Assembly (NCBI GenBank): GCA_052426225.1
Contig: JBNJNM010000011.1
Location: 3,658,001 to 3,722,000, forward strand
Source: Zancudomyces culisetae HAW-14-8
Taxonomy: Eukaryota; Fungi; Kickxellomycota
Reading direction: 5' to 3'
DNA length: 64,000 nt
The position numbers and the translations under genes are program-made. The stretch's first letter is position 1, and each line of letters begins with the position of its first letter. Shown in pieces: positions 1-11,883 of this stretch. Under the pieces are notes generated by a model. It ran no database searches and had not been told where the DNA came from. It saw nothing but the letters and a program-made list of their open reading frames with translations.

Positions 1-601
1 TGGTTTTAATAATAGTTTTAATAGTATATGTATAATAAAATGTTAAATTCAAAAATATTTTAAAATATATTTGGATTTAAAAGCTCGATAATTTATTTGG
101 TCTGCTGATCATTTAGGAAACAGAACCGTGTCAGTTCACTACAATAGGAAGGAAAATGAAGCAAGGATCATGTATTATTATCACCAAATACTGTTTATTT
201 TACAAAACAAAGGATCATTAAAAGTAAATCATGATCCAAGAAGGAATATCAAGAATAAAAAGAACAAAAAAAACAAAAAACAAAAAAACAAAACAGAAAG
301 GAAATAAGAGTGTTGTGGTATTATAAACTTCATTTACTATCTTTACCAACTCAGTCACACAACTATATGACTATGCAATTGTATATCGGACAAACAAAAA
401 AACCAACCTACCCACCATTCATTTTTTTTTTACAGTGTGTCCTTTCTTTATATATAATCGGTCATGTCTCTGGCTTTCCGTGACTCATATTCCCAAATGT
501 GATAGGTTTTCCGCGGCGAATGTCTTGATAAGGTAAAATGTAACAATAGGGTTTTTTCACACTACATTTCAGCACACTAACCACAACAATACGCAATACA
601 G

Positions 602-675
602 TACAATACAATACAATACAATACAATACAATACAATACAATACAATACAATACAATACAATACAATACAATACA
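602..675. repeat. (ATACA)n pentanucleotide microsatellite
   Basis: About 14-15 perfect tandem copies are directly visible; they generate the spurious CIVLY ORFs. Confidence 0.97.
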
Positions 676-1565
676 TTACATTACAACATTTGTTCACATG
701 AATTCTTTGGGTTGTAAGTGAGCTTATGAAAATTTCAAGTCCATGTGAATATTCACACTGATTGTATACCGAAAATCCATTGGAAGGAATAAAAGAAAAA
801 GATCCAAAACAAAGACAGTTGAAGATTTGGGGTTTTATCTTGCCATTAAATAAGTGTATAATAATATATACAACGTATATTTTCAAGTGGCCGAAAAGGA
901 AGCAAGATGAAATGCAATAATATTTTAATCTTGGTAAAAAATAAATAAAAATAGTCACGTTTCAAAGTTTATTTACGCAGATTTAGTAATTAATGGATAG
1001 ATTAAATAATTTTCCACTCTAAAAGATGATGAATTATATTTGTTTATTTATTTTTTAATAAAAAACGATCAAAAATTTGAAAAATAAATTTATATTACAA
1101 AAAAAGTGGAGAATGAATAGAATGAGTCAATGCAAGTGTGTGTGAGTGGGAAGGAGGGGAAGTTGAATAGATAAAAAAAATGCCTAGAGAGGAAAAGAAA
1201 AACAAAGGGAGAAAAAAAGAGATCTGAAGACGCAGAGGTGGGTAGATTAGAAGGGGAGGGGAAGGGGAAGGGGAAGGTGAGATATTTTTTTATTCATTTT
1301 TTTGCTCTGTTATCTCATGTCACGGAATTAATTTTTATCCAGACAAAAACTAAAAAACCAAACATGAACCGAGGTAAGGATTATGACCAAAAACCAAAAA
1401 CCAAAAACCAAAAGCCAAAAGCCAAAAAAAGCAAATATACAGTAAAATAAAGGGGAGAGCATGAAAATGTGAAATATTGACCAGAATTAAAGCCTTGCAA
1501 TGTGAAAATATCAATAAAGTTGAAAGGTCTTGTTCAACTAACATAAGACTATAGCTGGTAAAAAT

Positions 1566-1633
1566 AAAACAAAACAAAACAAAACAAAACAAAACAAAAC
1601 AAGCTGGAATAAGATAGTAGTAGTAGTAGTAGT
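1566..1633. repeat. (AAAAC)n and (TAG)n microsatellites
   Basis: Tandem repeats are directly visible in intergenic DNA. Confidence 0.9.
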
Positions 1634-2648
1634 AATGTTTCAATAACATCAATTGAAAGGGTGAGAGTGATAGTGATAGTGATAGTGAGGGAAGAATGAG
1701 TAACAACTATCATTCAGAACCTTCACTTGTTTTTTTTTCACATGATCTTTTAAAGTATTAAGAGTGAGTGTGGATGAGAGAGAAAATCATAGTCAAAACC
1801 AAAAACAGTAAATAGGGAGGGGGGGTTGCTAATAGCAGAGTACAACATTACACCGAAAAGTAAAAGTAGAAATAGAAAAAAGAAAAGGACTTGAGCAATC
1901 AGTCCACCCGTTGAAAAAAAAAAAATACAAAGTTTTACATAAGTCAAAAGTAATATTCCATAAAACATGTATAAACAAAGCGGGCTTTTTATTCTCATTT
2001 TGTTTGCTACTATTATTATTACTGTTATTATTATTATAATAATAATAGTTATTATTAGTGAATTTTTAATTTGCTTTGTCCAAAGATATAATTTAATTAG
2101 CGACAGTTTTATGGAATGAAAAAAAAAAGTCCTCTCCCCTGTTCAATCTCTCTTCTACACCTATTACTTTACCTTATCATACCTTATCCTACCCTATCAT
2201 ATCCTACCCAAGTTTGATGAAAAAGAAAATTCTATGAAAAAAAAGGAAAAAAAAATAAAATCTATGTATCATTTTTTTTTTCTTAGTAATTTTCATTTTA
2301 GCACACTCCAGTTTATATTACGAAATATAACACTAGTATACTAATATTTACGCTTATATAAAAGAAAAAAGAAAAAAGCAAAAAGAATAAAGAATAAAGA
2401 AAAAAAATATAAAGGGTAAAAATAAAAACAAAATAAAATAACCCAGTTCTTTAAAAGTATAGAACATTCTCTATATTTGAAATAAAGCCTTTTCTTTTAT
2501 TATTACTATTACTATTGCTATTACTATTGCTATTTTTATTTTATAAGTACAACAAAAAGAGGAGCGGAAATACTATTCGAAAAGATAGGATTTAATAATA
2601 AGGAAAAAGTGAAAAGAAAAGAGGAAAAAAAAAAGGGACTAACCAGAA

Positions 2649-5000
2649 ATGGAGGAAAGAAAGAGTGTAATAGAGTGGGGATATATTGGCTACGATCTAT
2701 CGAGAGCCTTTTGGCTTAATTGTCTAGATCTGTTTTTCCGAGAAGTAAGCCAAGGGAATGCACATTCGATTCCAATGACAGGCCCAGTTATTTTTGCAGT
2801 GGCACCACACAACAATCAATTCCTGGATCCACTTATACTTCTCAAACACTCACCAAGAAGAGTGTTTTATATGGTTGCAGCCTCATCATTCAAGAGAAGA
2901 GTTGTAGGATTTTACAGCAAAATAATGAAGGGGATTCCAGTTCAACGAGCACTGGACAATAAACGTAAAGGTACCGGTAAAATAAAGTTGGCGGAGGATG
3001 GAGATCCACTCAAATTGATTGGTATAGGAACAAAGTTTGTTGAGGAGTGCGGGGTGGACTCAAAGATATATTTGCTGAAGGGTGAGGGCAATGTCAAAGT
3101 AGCAAAAGTGGTTAGCGATACAGAGTTGATATTGGGTGGTGAGTTTAAGAGTGAAGAGGTGCTTGCATTGCTGAAGAGTGAGGAGGGAACAGAGTATGAG
3201 ATTATTCCACATCTTGATCAACGTAGTATGTACGCAGCAGTATATCAGAGATTGAAGCAGGAGCAGTGTATAGGGATATTCCCAGAGGGAGGGTCACATG
3301 ACCAGACAAAATTGCTTCCACTGAAGATAGGAGTGAGTTTGATTGCATTGGGAGCAACTGCGGAGAATCCAGATCTTAAAATTAAGATAGTTCCAGCAGG
3401 GTTGAGCTATTTCCATCCGAGCAAGTTTAGGTCTAGAGCAGTTATTCAATTTGGAGATCCACTAAGCGTACCACCAGAGTTGGTGGAGCTATACAAGCAA
3501 GGAGGAGAGAGTAAGAGAAGGGCATGTGCACAGCTACTGGACACAATCAACGATGCACTGGAACAAGTAACGGTGAATGTGCCGGATTATGACACACTGA
3601 GGATGATACATATTGGGCGTAGACTTTACAACTCCAAGTACAAGAACCTGACAACTAGACAGCAGGTGGAGATGACCACGAGGTTTGCAAAGGCGTATTC
3701 GAAGATTAAGGATTTGCCAGAGGTACAGAAGCTGACAGAGCGTTTATATATGTACCGAAGAATGTTGAAGCAGTACGGAATTCGAGACCATCAGGTAGAG
3801 AAGCTGCGGATGAGCAGAGTGGATGCAGCACTTCTTTTGGCATGGCGGTTTTGGTGGTTGATAGTTACGGGGCTCGGTGCATTGCCAGGGACGTTACTGA
3901 ACCTGCCACTGTTTATAGGAACGCATTTCTACAGCCGTAAGAAGGCCAAGGAGGCACTGAAGGCATCTACAGTCAAATGGAGAGCAACTGATGTTATAGC
4001 ATCGTGGAAAGTAATTACGGCTATAATTGGAGTTCCAGTGTTGTATGCGTTCTATGCAGTACTGTTTGTGGTGTTTACCAGAAAGTATGGCACATTGGTA
4101 CCAATACTTCATGTAGAAAAGATGAACATTATATCGCAATTCCTGATTGGGTTTGTATATGTATGTGTGATATCATATATGGCTCTAACGTTTGGAGAAA
4201 AGGCTATGGATATTGTCAAGTCATTGAGACCCTTGATGCTTGCAGTGGTACAGGCTGACGAAGTTTCTGCAAAGATCATGAGAGAACGTCGAGAATTGGC
4301 GCATCAGGTGACTCAGTTGGTGGAAGAATCGGGTGGAATATCTATGCATGGTGAAAATGAAACTATTGCAGGTGAAGATGATACTAAAGAGATGACTCCA
4401 CTGTTGCGGCAAATAAGAGAGAGGATAAGAATGAGAAGAAGAAAGTCAAGTAAAGGAGAAAAGTCAGGTGATGTGGCAACAGAATCATTGAGCAAATCTG
4501 AAACTCAAACTCAAGCTCAAACTGATCAAGACTGTGAGGATGAAACTGGTGCCAAGATCAAAAGAAGAAAACAGAAATACTCTTCTTCAGGTGCAACCAC
4601 ACCCAACAGATCTTTGAAAAAGAGAAAATCAAGACGTTCACTTAAAACCGCTGGTGTGCAACGAAAGGAAGAAGGCGAATCTACTGTCAATAAGGTCTTG
4701 CAGTACCTTGATAGATTCGAACTCTTCCGCTTTCACTCAATGGGTAACACTGATATTACCGAAGAACAACAGGAACAGTATATGCAATTTGTCTCACAAA
4801 ACAAAGATAATGATAATGACAAAAGTGATGATGATGGTAATACGACTGGTTACAGTGTTGATACTGGTTACCACTCAACCTCTTCAAATTACAATTCTGA
4901 TTATACTACTGGTTCCATCTCTTCTTCCTCTTCTCATTTACGCCCAAGAAAAAAGGACGAAGAAATTAATCTAGTAATGTCAAAACTGAAATCCATTTAA
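2649..5000 (+). CDS. SCT1: Glycerol-3-phosphate/DHAP O-acyltransferase (Sct1/Gpt2 family), 783 aa, intronless
   Basis: Acyltransferase motif I APHNNQFLDP (HxxxxD), motif III IFPEGGSHD, KFRSRAVIQFG, a hydrophobic TM block and a charged Ser-rich tail. SCT1 versus GPT2 paralogy cannot be resolved by eye. Confidence 0.92.
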   Translation: MEERKSVIEWGYIGYDLSRAFWLNCLDLFFREVSQGNAHSIPMTGPVIFAVAPHNNQFLDPLILLKHSPRRVFYMVAASSFKRRVVGFYSKIMKGIPVQRALDNKRKGTGKIKLAEDGDPLKLIGIGTKFVEECGVDSKIYLLKGEGNVKVAKVVSDTELILGGEFKSEEVLALLKSEEGTEYEIIPHLDQRSMYAAVYQRLKQEQCIGIFPEGGSHDQTKLLPLKIGVSLIALGATAENPDLKIKIVPAGLSYFHPSKFRSRAVIQFGDPLSVPPELVELYKQGGESKRRACAQLLDTINDALEQVTVNVPDYDTLRMIHIGRRLYNSKYKNLTTRQQVEMTTRFAKAYSKIKDLPEVQKLTERLYMYRRMLKQYGIRDHQVEKLRMSRVDAALLLAWRFWWLIVTGLGALPGTLLNLPLFIGTHFYSRKKAKEALKASTVKWRATDVIASWKVITAIIGVPVLYAFYAVLFVVFTRKYGTLVPILHVEKMNIISQFLIGFVYVCVISYMALTFGEKAMDIVKSLRPLMLAVVQADEVSAKIMRERRELAHQVTQLVEESGGISMHGENETIAGEDDTKEMTPLLRQIRERIRMRRRKSSKGEKSGDVATESLSKSETQTQAQTDQDCEDETGAKIKRRKQKYSSSGATTPNRSLKKRKSRRSLKTAGVQRKEEGESTVNKVLQYLDRFELFRFHSMGNTDITEEQQEQYMQFVSQNKDNDNDKSDDDGNTTGYSVDTGYHSTSSNYNSDYTTGSISSSSSHLRPRKKDEEINLVMSKLKSI

Positions 5001-5216
5001 TATCTTGCTTTTATTACTTTATTATTTCCTATATATCTATATCTAAATTTAAATCTAAATTTGAATTTAAGTTTCAAAACTATCTACCTACTTACCCCTA
5101 TCCCTATGTCTAACCCGCCCCTAACCCACATTATCCACCATTATTATTTATTATTATTATTATTATTATTCTTGTTCTTGTTCTTGTTCTTGTTCTTGTC
5201 ATTTTCTTTTAATTAC

Positions 5217-8200
5217 TCAACTATACCACCCTCGTTTAAACACCTTATTACTACCCATCAATTTATAAAACTCGGACCGCTGTTTACTAATCCTTGTATT
5301 ATCATTGTTATTCCCATTATCACCCGCCAAAAATACCTTGTACTTTAGTTCAAAATTACAAGGTTGTCGATTTCCATTATCATCTTTTCCATCCATGAAT
5401 ATTCTTGATATAATCGATTTAACTTTACAAGTCTGCGATTCATCTAATTTACCATCGTCATTATCATCATTACATATTGATAATAGTATTACCAAAATCA
5501 GCATGTTTTCCTTTTTCTGTTCTAAAATGTAATCAATAACACACTCATCACAATCACAATCACATCTCTTGCCTTGCTCTTGTTTTTCTAGATGTGTATT
5601 TTCACTACTTTCATCTTGTTCATTACTTCCCAACCACCTTATTTTTTCATATTGCGTAAAATCATCCGGATTTGTTGGTAACACCGCTATTATATGCGAG
5701 AGATTATTCTGAATAATCGTTTGTAGCTTTTTACTCTTTTTGTTTGTAGCAACTTTCGAGTTTTCTAGACTTGTTTTCTCTGATACATTTGTATTAACGG
5801 CACTTGTACTAATGGAATTGAGATTGGATAAACTAGAACTTTCATCTTTTCGCTTTGAATCCTTTAGGTTAATAATACTAAACAATAATCTCAATAATCT
5901 CTTTTTCCAATCTAATTGATATTCATCATGGTTTGTACTGCTGTATTCTCGCTCATCTCTGCTTCCAACCATTGAACCATCTGTAAAATCATTCAAACCC
6001 GAGTTGGCGTTTTGAAATAATGCCATAATACCCAAAACCAGTGCCTTTTCAATTACTGATATTCGATAATTACCAATCTTATTGTTTGCTATATCATCAT
6101 CTCCATCATTACTGTTGGCTTGATTTGATAGCGATAAAACTATCATCAGCCCCAATACATTTATCAACCTTACCAACACTTTACAGTTATAATTTACCAA
6201 AAGTCTTGTCATAAAATACGGTGAATGTAAATACATCATCACCAACACTTTACCCTTGATTTTGACACCGCAAATCTCCATGCTTTTTGGAATCAAAAAG
6301 TAATTGTCATCATCTTCAACTATTACGCTTTTGATGTCTTGTTGTCCATAATCAATAAATATATCTCCTACAACATTGTCATTACTACTCTTAATCGTCA
6401 TTGGTTTGTTTTTTTTACCATCTTTATAGTTCATCATTCCCAAAATTACAGATAATAATAATGCCATTCCAGCCTCACTACTACCACCATTATTGTTTTC
6501 TATTGTTGCTTCTAGGCCTGTAGATTTTTCCCGAGCAATATTAGTACTATTACCTTTGTTCTTGTGTTTGTTCTTACTCCTATTCTTGATCACACTCGGT
6601 AGTAATGAAAATTGACTTTGTAGTTGCTGGAATTGCTGCAAGTATTGATCGAATTGATAATCTATTACCTCTGTTACTATACTGTTTGACAACGCTGTTT
6701 CATCAAGCTGATAAATTTTCAAATAAAAAAAAATACCACTGGTTACAAAATCATAAAGACTCGTATCATTACCACTAGTCTTGTTTTCTTTCTTGTTGTC
6801 GATCATGTAGTTTTTTCCAAGTTCTTTATTCAACAATATGTACAAGTAGACTTGATACATCATCACTTTATCAATCACTGTCATGCTCGTTGAATCAAGA
6901 TTTTCAAAAAGCGCGATAAAATTAAACGTGGTTAAATCTCCAAGTGTAATCGTCTTTTTAAACTTTCCCATTTTTTTCTTTTTCTCGTGTTTCCTAAATC
7001 CCAAACCATTCTCTCCGCCATTTTCTTCTTGCTTGTTTCCAATACTTTCTATCTCCAAATTGTTAAAATCAATAACTACTCCATCATCTATCTTCATCAA
7101 TCCACCATCTGGTTTACCTCCACTTTTATTTTCTTCATCGAATTCACTGTTTTCATCTGTATATATCTTTAACTCTGAATATTCTGCAATTTTCCGGTTA
7201 TCGTCCTCGTCAATGTCTTTTTCAATATGCGCATTATAAAGTCTGTATAACTGCCCCGCTATCGAGTTCCTCGTACAATTAATCAGTTGTTCTATTGTAT
7301 TGCATCGCAAAAACGTCTTGAACCAACTCAACAATACCATCATATACATATCTGTCACGGAATCCTTATAGTACTGTCCCTTTCCCGTACTGTTGCTGCT
7401 TTTCTTTATATTATTATCCTTAAGACTTGTCATTACAAAATCGACATGTAGTTTCCACACTATTAGTACTACCTGAAAAGGTCTTAACAATCCCGCAAAA
7501 GAATATCCATCGATATCACCACTACCACTACCACTACCACTACCACTACCACTACCACTACCACTACCACTACCATTGCAACTAGTGTTATTGAGATGTG
7601 TGAAATCAATCTTGTTGTACAATGCCAAATACCTTACTGCCATTTTACACACATGCAACAATTCTTTGGACTTTGTTTTTACGTTTTTCCCTTGCTCCAA
7701 TCTACTCGTGTTGTAAAAGCATATCACACCATTATAAAAATACCTCATCATTATTATAATGTTTGTCTGGTATTTCCTTGATTTCACAATATTTTCAAAC
7801 AACTCCAACCCATTCCTGTTCCCCTCTCCTCCTCCTCCTCCTAAAGCCTTTGCATGCTTCTTTGATCGGAAAATCATTTCTGTATATATATCAACCTTTT
7901 CATCCTCAATATCCATTTCAACCTCCCCTTCGATATTCATTTCATACCTTTCTGTTTCATTTTCAAACCTTTTTACCTCTTCTTCCTCCTTGTTCCCAAA
8001 TCCCCTTTTTTCCATTTCTACCTCTAATTGGCAAATTGCTTTGATTATACGTTTCTCTGTTCCATTCATAAAATCTTTCAATGTCAGTGGCCTCAACTTA
8101 TTACTAATTTTACCCAACAGTTCCTTATAACTCTTCTCATTGGACTCAATATCTTTTTTCCCTTCTTTTTCTTCTTGTTGGTTCTCCAAGGCCTCTTCAT

Positions 8201-10913
8201 CTTGCTCGATTTCATTTTCCGATTCAAAATATCTTTTGTTGATTGGTTTTTGTTTATACATGTCCGACTGTGACTTTCTTGACTCGTTGAGGATATCTAT
8301 CAACCGCCTACTAGTAAACGGAATCTCAAATACATTTGATTTAGTATTACTTTTGCCTCTCTTTTTTCCTCCCATTCGTTCATCGTTAAAACGCATATAT
8401 CCACCAAATCTATTCATTTCCAAGTTTTTTTCCAACACATTTCTAAACTCTTGTATTTTCTTTTTAATCGAATCATCTAAACTCGTCTCGGTTCCACCCG
8501 AGTCTCTGTTATTACACTCAACACTCGTATTGTTTATCGCATTATTCCTCCAACATTTCTCCAACAAAGTCGAGACTAATATTGCAGGCTCTACGTATTT
8601 CGGCTCTATACTCTCAATGACATTTTTAATACCCATATAATGCCGTAAACACTCACTTAAGCTTGCTTCGTTAACTGGTAGCCCCGCAACTAGGCTCAAC
8701 ACTGCATTTATTGGATTCTTGTCCGTCGAATAATCTTCCGCATGCATCGATTGACACGAATCGTCATTACACATCCCACCCGATAGTTCATATTCACACA
8801 TCATTTTCTTCTTTTCTAGTTTTCTCACTTTCCCATCACTTCTGGCTTCTGGAATTCTAAAAGTGCTCTTTCCTAGCAATTTCATTCTTAGCATTGGACT
8901 AATTGGTGACTGGTATCTTCTATACTTTTGCAGATTGTATACCTTGTTGTGCAAAGCAGCATACTGTGTATCTGGTTGGATAGATACACTGGCACTACTA
9001 CTTTTGGCCACACTTTCCCCTCTACGCATCAGATAATCGTACGTATCCTCAGCTACTAATCCTTCTTGTCCCATAATCTCTACCTCTTTAAATCCCATTT
9101 GCATTTCTGTTTTTTTACCATTTTTCAGTGTTTCTATTACCAGATTTAAAAACTCAACACATATTGCTGTATTGATCTTGTTTTTGGTATCCAACTCTCG
9201 AATTCTCTCTTTCGCCTCCTCAATCTCCTCCTCGTTCCTTTCGATCCGCCCTACTGTCTCCCTCAGCCGTTTGTTGAGTATGTCTATTTCCATCTCTATT
9301 TCCCCTCTTATTTTTTTTAACTGGTTATTTTCTTCAGTCTTCCTCTTCACCAATTGCTCCTTTATAAACAGCTCAGCTTTTCCGCTCTTCTCGCGCATCT
9401 CGTTTTTGATCACATCAATATCCTTCACCTCTTTTAACCTCTTCATAACCACGGTTTCATCAAGCTCCTTGTCTTGATCATTCTTCGGCGTATTAAACCC
9501 TGATGCAATCGAAATCTCTGCTCCAACAGTTGTCTCTTGTATCTCTTCCCGCTCTATCTTTTTTAGCAATTGTTTCCGCGTTTCAATACACTTGATCCTC
9601 CGCTCATACTCTATCTTGAGTTCATTTAATCTCTCCTCATTTCTCTTTAACACCTTGTTAAGCATTTGTCGAAGCACCTCGTCATCTAAGGTTTGCACTT
9701 CGATCTCCTTTCCATTTATTGGATCGTGATGTTTCGTTTGTACCTGGCCACTTGTATCTATATATTTCATCCGACCATCGGCTTTAATCTTGGTTCTTTT
9801 ATATAGCTTGTAACATTCGTTAATAAATTCTCTCCTTTGTCGTTTAATCCGATTCAAATTTTCTCTCATTTTGTTGTCCGTAGTAGCCTCTATCTCCTCC
9901 AAACCTCCAAAAGATCCACTTTCCGTTTCCCCTGTCATTTCCTTGTCTACAACCTCATCCTCCTCATCCTCCCCTTCCTCGCTGGTATCTGAAAACTCCA
10001 CAATCAGCTTGCTGGACATTTCCTTTGTCTTTCTCATTGCTTCTATCCGCTTCATAATTTCCTGACTGTTTAGCTTATTCCTTTGTACAATAATTTTATT
10101 ATCAATTTCTTCATTTCCTGCACTATCATCACTCATCTCCATATCCACTTCACTACTGTCTTCAAGCTCCGATCTTTCCTCCTCTACATTGTTCTCCACA
10201 ACACCCTTCAAAAATTCATCGATCCTCTCCCCAGTTATATCTACATTTCCGTTCCGCTCCGAAATTTCTGCCATGAATGGCCTTGAATCTTGTACCAAGT
10301 CTAATTTTTTGCCACCTCCTTGTATACGCTCTTTTTCTTTTTTCATCCTCAACAATTTTTCTCTCAAATTTTTTCTTCTGAAATGTTCTTTTGCTTGTTT
10401 TATGGGATGTACTCCATCCGTCTGTTTAATTCTGTCTATTTCTTTTTCGTACCATCCCCTCTCTCCTACCTCTGAGTTATGCACATTTTGTTTCTCGTTA
10501 ATCAGCTTAAACTTCACCACATCAATCGTCCCAACCTTTACTGCATCCCATTCAGGCTCTGAATCTTCTTGGATTTCACCGTCTTCCACTTCCACTCTCA
10601 GCTCTCCTTCTTCACTACTTTCGATACTTATAACTTCGGCGGTCTCGACATTTTCCTTTGAGTTTGGATGTATGCTTTTGGAATAAACTATCTTTTCCTC
10701 TTCGTCCTCCAGCTCACCTTCCTCGATTTCCTCTATATACTCCGCCACCTTTTTATCTTTTACATTCTCTTCTTGCTCCAGGTTCTCGATATTATCAGTC
10801 ATTTTCACATTTCTGCAGCCCGCGGTTTGATTATTCACCATTCCCTCGGGCTTACTTTTCTTCATCGATTCTAGGAGGGCTTTCCTCAAACTTTCTCTAT
10901 GCGTTTCCATCAT
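5217..10913 (-). CDS. Red1/ZFC3H1-like C3H1 zinc-finger protein (MTREC/PAXT nuclear exosome adaptor scaffold), 1898 aa
   Basis: Acidic N-terminus with EEGEL/EDGEI repeats, a long coiled coil, a YQSP motif, then CEYELSGGMCNDDSCQSMH (zf-C3H1 pattern, about 8740-8800), a KRYF motif and a long helical C-terminal region. Confidence 0.75.
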   Translation of the reverse strand: MMETHRESLRKALLESMKKSKPEGMVNNQTAGCRNVKMTDNIENLEQEENVKDKKVAEYIEEIEEGELEDEEEKIVYSKSIHPNSKENVETAEVISIESSEEGELRVEVEDGEIQEDSEPEWDAVKVGTIDVVKFKLINEKQNVHNSEVGERGWYEKEIDRIKQTDGVHPIKQAKEHFRRKNLREKLLRMKKEKERIQGGGKKLDLVQDSRPFMAEISERNGNVDITGERIDEFLKGVVENNVEEERSELEDSSEVDMEMSDDSAGNEEIDNKIIVQRNKLNSQEIMKRIEAMRKTKEMSSKLIVEFSDTSEEGEDEEDEVVDKEMTGETESGSFGGLEEIEATTDNKMRENLNRIKRQRREFINECYKLYKRTKIKADGRMKYIDTSGQVQTKHHDPINGKEIEVQTLDDEVLRQMLNKVLKRNEERLNELKIEYERRIKCIETRKQLLKKIEREEIQETTVGAEISIASGFNTPKNDQDKELDETVVMKRLKEVKDIDVIKNEMREKSGKAELFIKEQLVKRKTEENNQLKKIRGEIEMEIDILNKRLRETVGRIERNEEEIEEAKERIRELDTKNKINTAICVEFLNLVIETLKNGKKTEMQMGFKEVEIMGQEGLVAEDTYDYLMRRGESVAKSSSASVSIQPDTQYAALHNKVYNLQKYRRYQSPISPMLRMKLLGKSTFRIPEARSDGKVRKLEKKKMMCEYELSGGMCNDDSCQSMHAEDYSTDKNPINAVLSLVAGLPVNEASLSECLRHYMGIKNVIESIEPKYVEPAILVSTLLEKCWRNNAINNTSVECNNRDSGGTETSLDDSIKKKIQEFRNVLEKNLEMNRFGGYMRFNDERMGGKKRGKSNTKSNVFEIPFTSRRLIDILNESRKSQSDMYKQKPINKRYFESENEIEQDEEALENQQEEKEGKKDIESNEKSYKELLGKISNKLRPLTLKDFMNGTEKRIIKAICQLEVEMEKRGFGNKEEEEVKRFENETERYEMNIEGEVEMDIEDEKVDIYTEMIFRSKKHAKALGGGGGEGNRNGLELFENIVKSRKYQTNIIIMMRYFYNGVICFYNTSRLEQGKNVKTKSKELLHVCKMAVRYLALYNKIDFTHLNNTSCNGSGSGSGSGSGSGSGSGSGDIDGYSFAGLLRPFQVVLIVWKLHVDFVMTSLKDNNIKKSSNSTGKGQYYKDSVTDMYMMVLLSWFKTFLRCNTIEQLINCTRNSIAGQLYRLYNAHIEKDIDEDDNRKIAEYSELKIYTDENSEFDEENKSGGKPDGGLMKIDDGVVIDFNNLEIESIGNKQEENGGENGLGFRKHEKKKKMGKFKKTITLGDLTTFNFIALFENLDSTSMTVIDKVMMYQVYLYILLNKELGKNYMIDNKKENKTSGNDTSLYDFVTSGIFFYLKIYQLDETALSNSIVTEVIDYQFDQYLQQFQQLQSQFSLLPSVIKNRSKNKHKNKGNSTNIAREKSTGLEATIENNNGGSSEAGMALLLSVILGMMNYKDGKKNKPMTIKSSNDNVVGDIFIDYGQQDIKSVIVEDDDNYFLIPKSMEICGVKIKGKVLVMMYLHSPYFMTRLLVNYNCKVLVRLINVLGLMIVLSLSNQANSNDGDDDIANNKIGNYRISVIEKALVLGIMALFQNANSGLNDFTDGSMVGSRDEREYSSTNHDEYQLDWKKRLLRLLFSIINLKDSKRKDESSSLSNLNSISTSAVNTNVSEKTSLENSKVATNKKSKKLQTIIQNNLSHIIAVLPTNPDDFTQYEKIRWLGSNEQDESSENTHLEKQEQGKRCDCDCDECVIDYILEQKKENMLILVILLSICNDDNDDGKLDESQTCKVKSIISRIFMDGKDDNGNRQPCNFELKYKVFLAGDNGNNNDNTRISKQRSEFYKLMGSNKVFKRGWYS
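7518..7576. repeat. Coding (ACCACT)n hexamer repeat encoding (GS)n in the Red1-like protein
   Basis: Tandem repeat is directly visible and in frame. Confidence 0.9.
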
Positions 10914-11883
10914 GTACCGACTTGTAGCTCATTTTTATCCTTTGTGTATCCCCTTCTTGTTTCCAAATTTATCAAGAGTAACCTTTAATAACCTTTTGCT
11001 AAAAATTTTTTTTTTCGTTTTTAGGTTTATTGAATATACAAAATTATATTTTTCCAGCAATTTTTTACCATTTGCGATTTTTATAGCTTAATTTTTTTTC
11101 TTTATTTTTTCATTTCAGATAAATTGCTTTACCAAACATTAAGCTATATTTATTTTGCCAGTTCATCATGTAAGGCTATAACCCGATTTCAAAACTTGAT
11201 GGAAAGCTTGGGTGTATGTTATAACTTGGAAATGTGATTAAAAAAATAAAAAATCTGCCCATCTTTTCTTGTACAGAGTCTAAAAGTGACACTATAACCT
11301 AAATATATCGATATCTGTGATTCACATCCAGAACAATCCAAACACAGTTTTGATGAATGCTTTTTATCTTGCATATAACTAAATATTTATCCTCGGATAA
11401 AAGGACGGGAGGGGGATGGTTCATGTAGTGCTAAGCATTCTGTTTCAATGCCAATAGTTTAATAACTAGACTTGGAAATATTTTAGATCATTATGTTTTT
11501 GGCTATCATATCAAACTCCCTGGATGTTCAAACTATCGCTACACATGTTTTTTTTTTCTGTTTTTTTCTTTTTAAAATGGCTGATAGTTTTTGAGTATCA
11601 AATCCGAATAATAAAAAAAAGGAATGTTCCGCCGAGTCCTTTTTTATTATGTTGCTAATCTTTATTTTAACTTGCGAGCCGTTTAAATCGCACACACCCA
11701 TTGGAGTTTAAAATGTCCACCATTTATCACCGCTATTTTTTATAATTTCTATCATAATTACAAATATTACTAATATTTTGCTTGTTTCATTCGAAATATA
11801 CGACCTAATCATTAAAATCGCGAATAATATATATTTCAATTTGAACATGAAAGAAAAAACTATATTTATATAAGAAGCTAAAA

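Noticed and set aside
602-675. CRISPR-like or telomeric array
   Set aside because: A pure 5-bp repeat without spacers, internal to a eukaryotic contig and not a G-rich telomere unit.
462-1998. Short ORFs with CIVLY, FVLFC or polyY repeats
   Set aside because: They are translations of microsatellites in AT-rich intergenic DNA with no domain signal.
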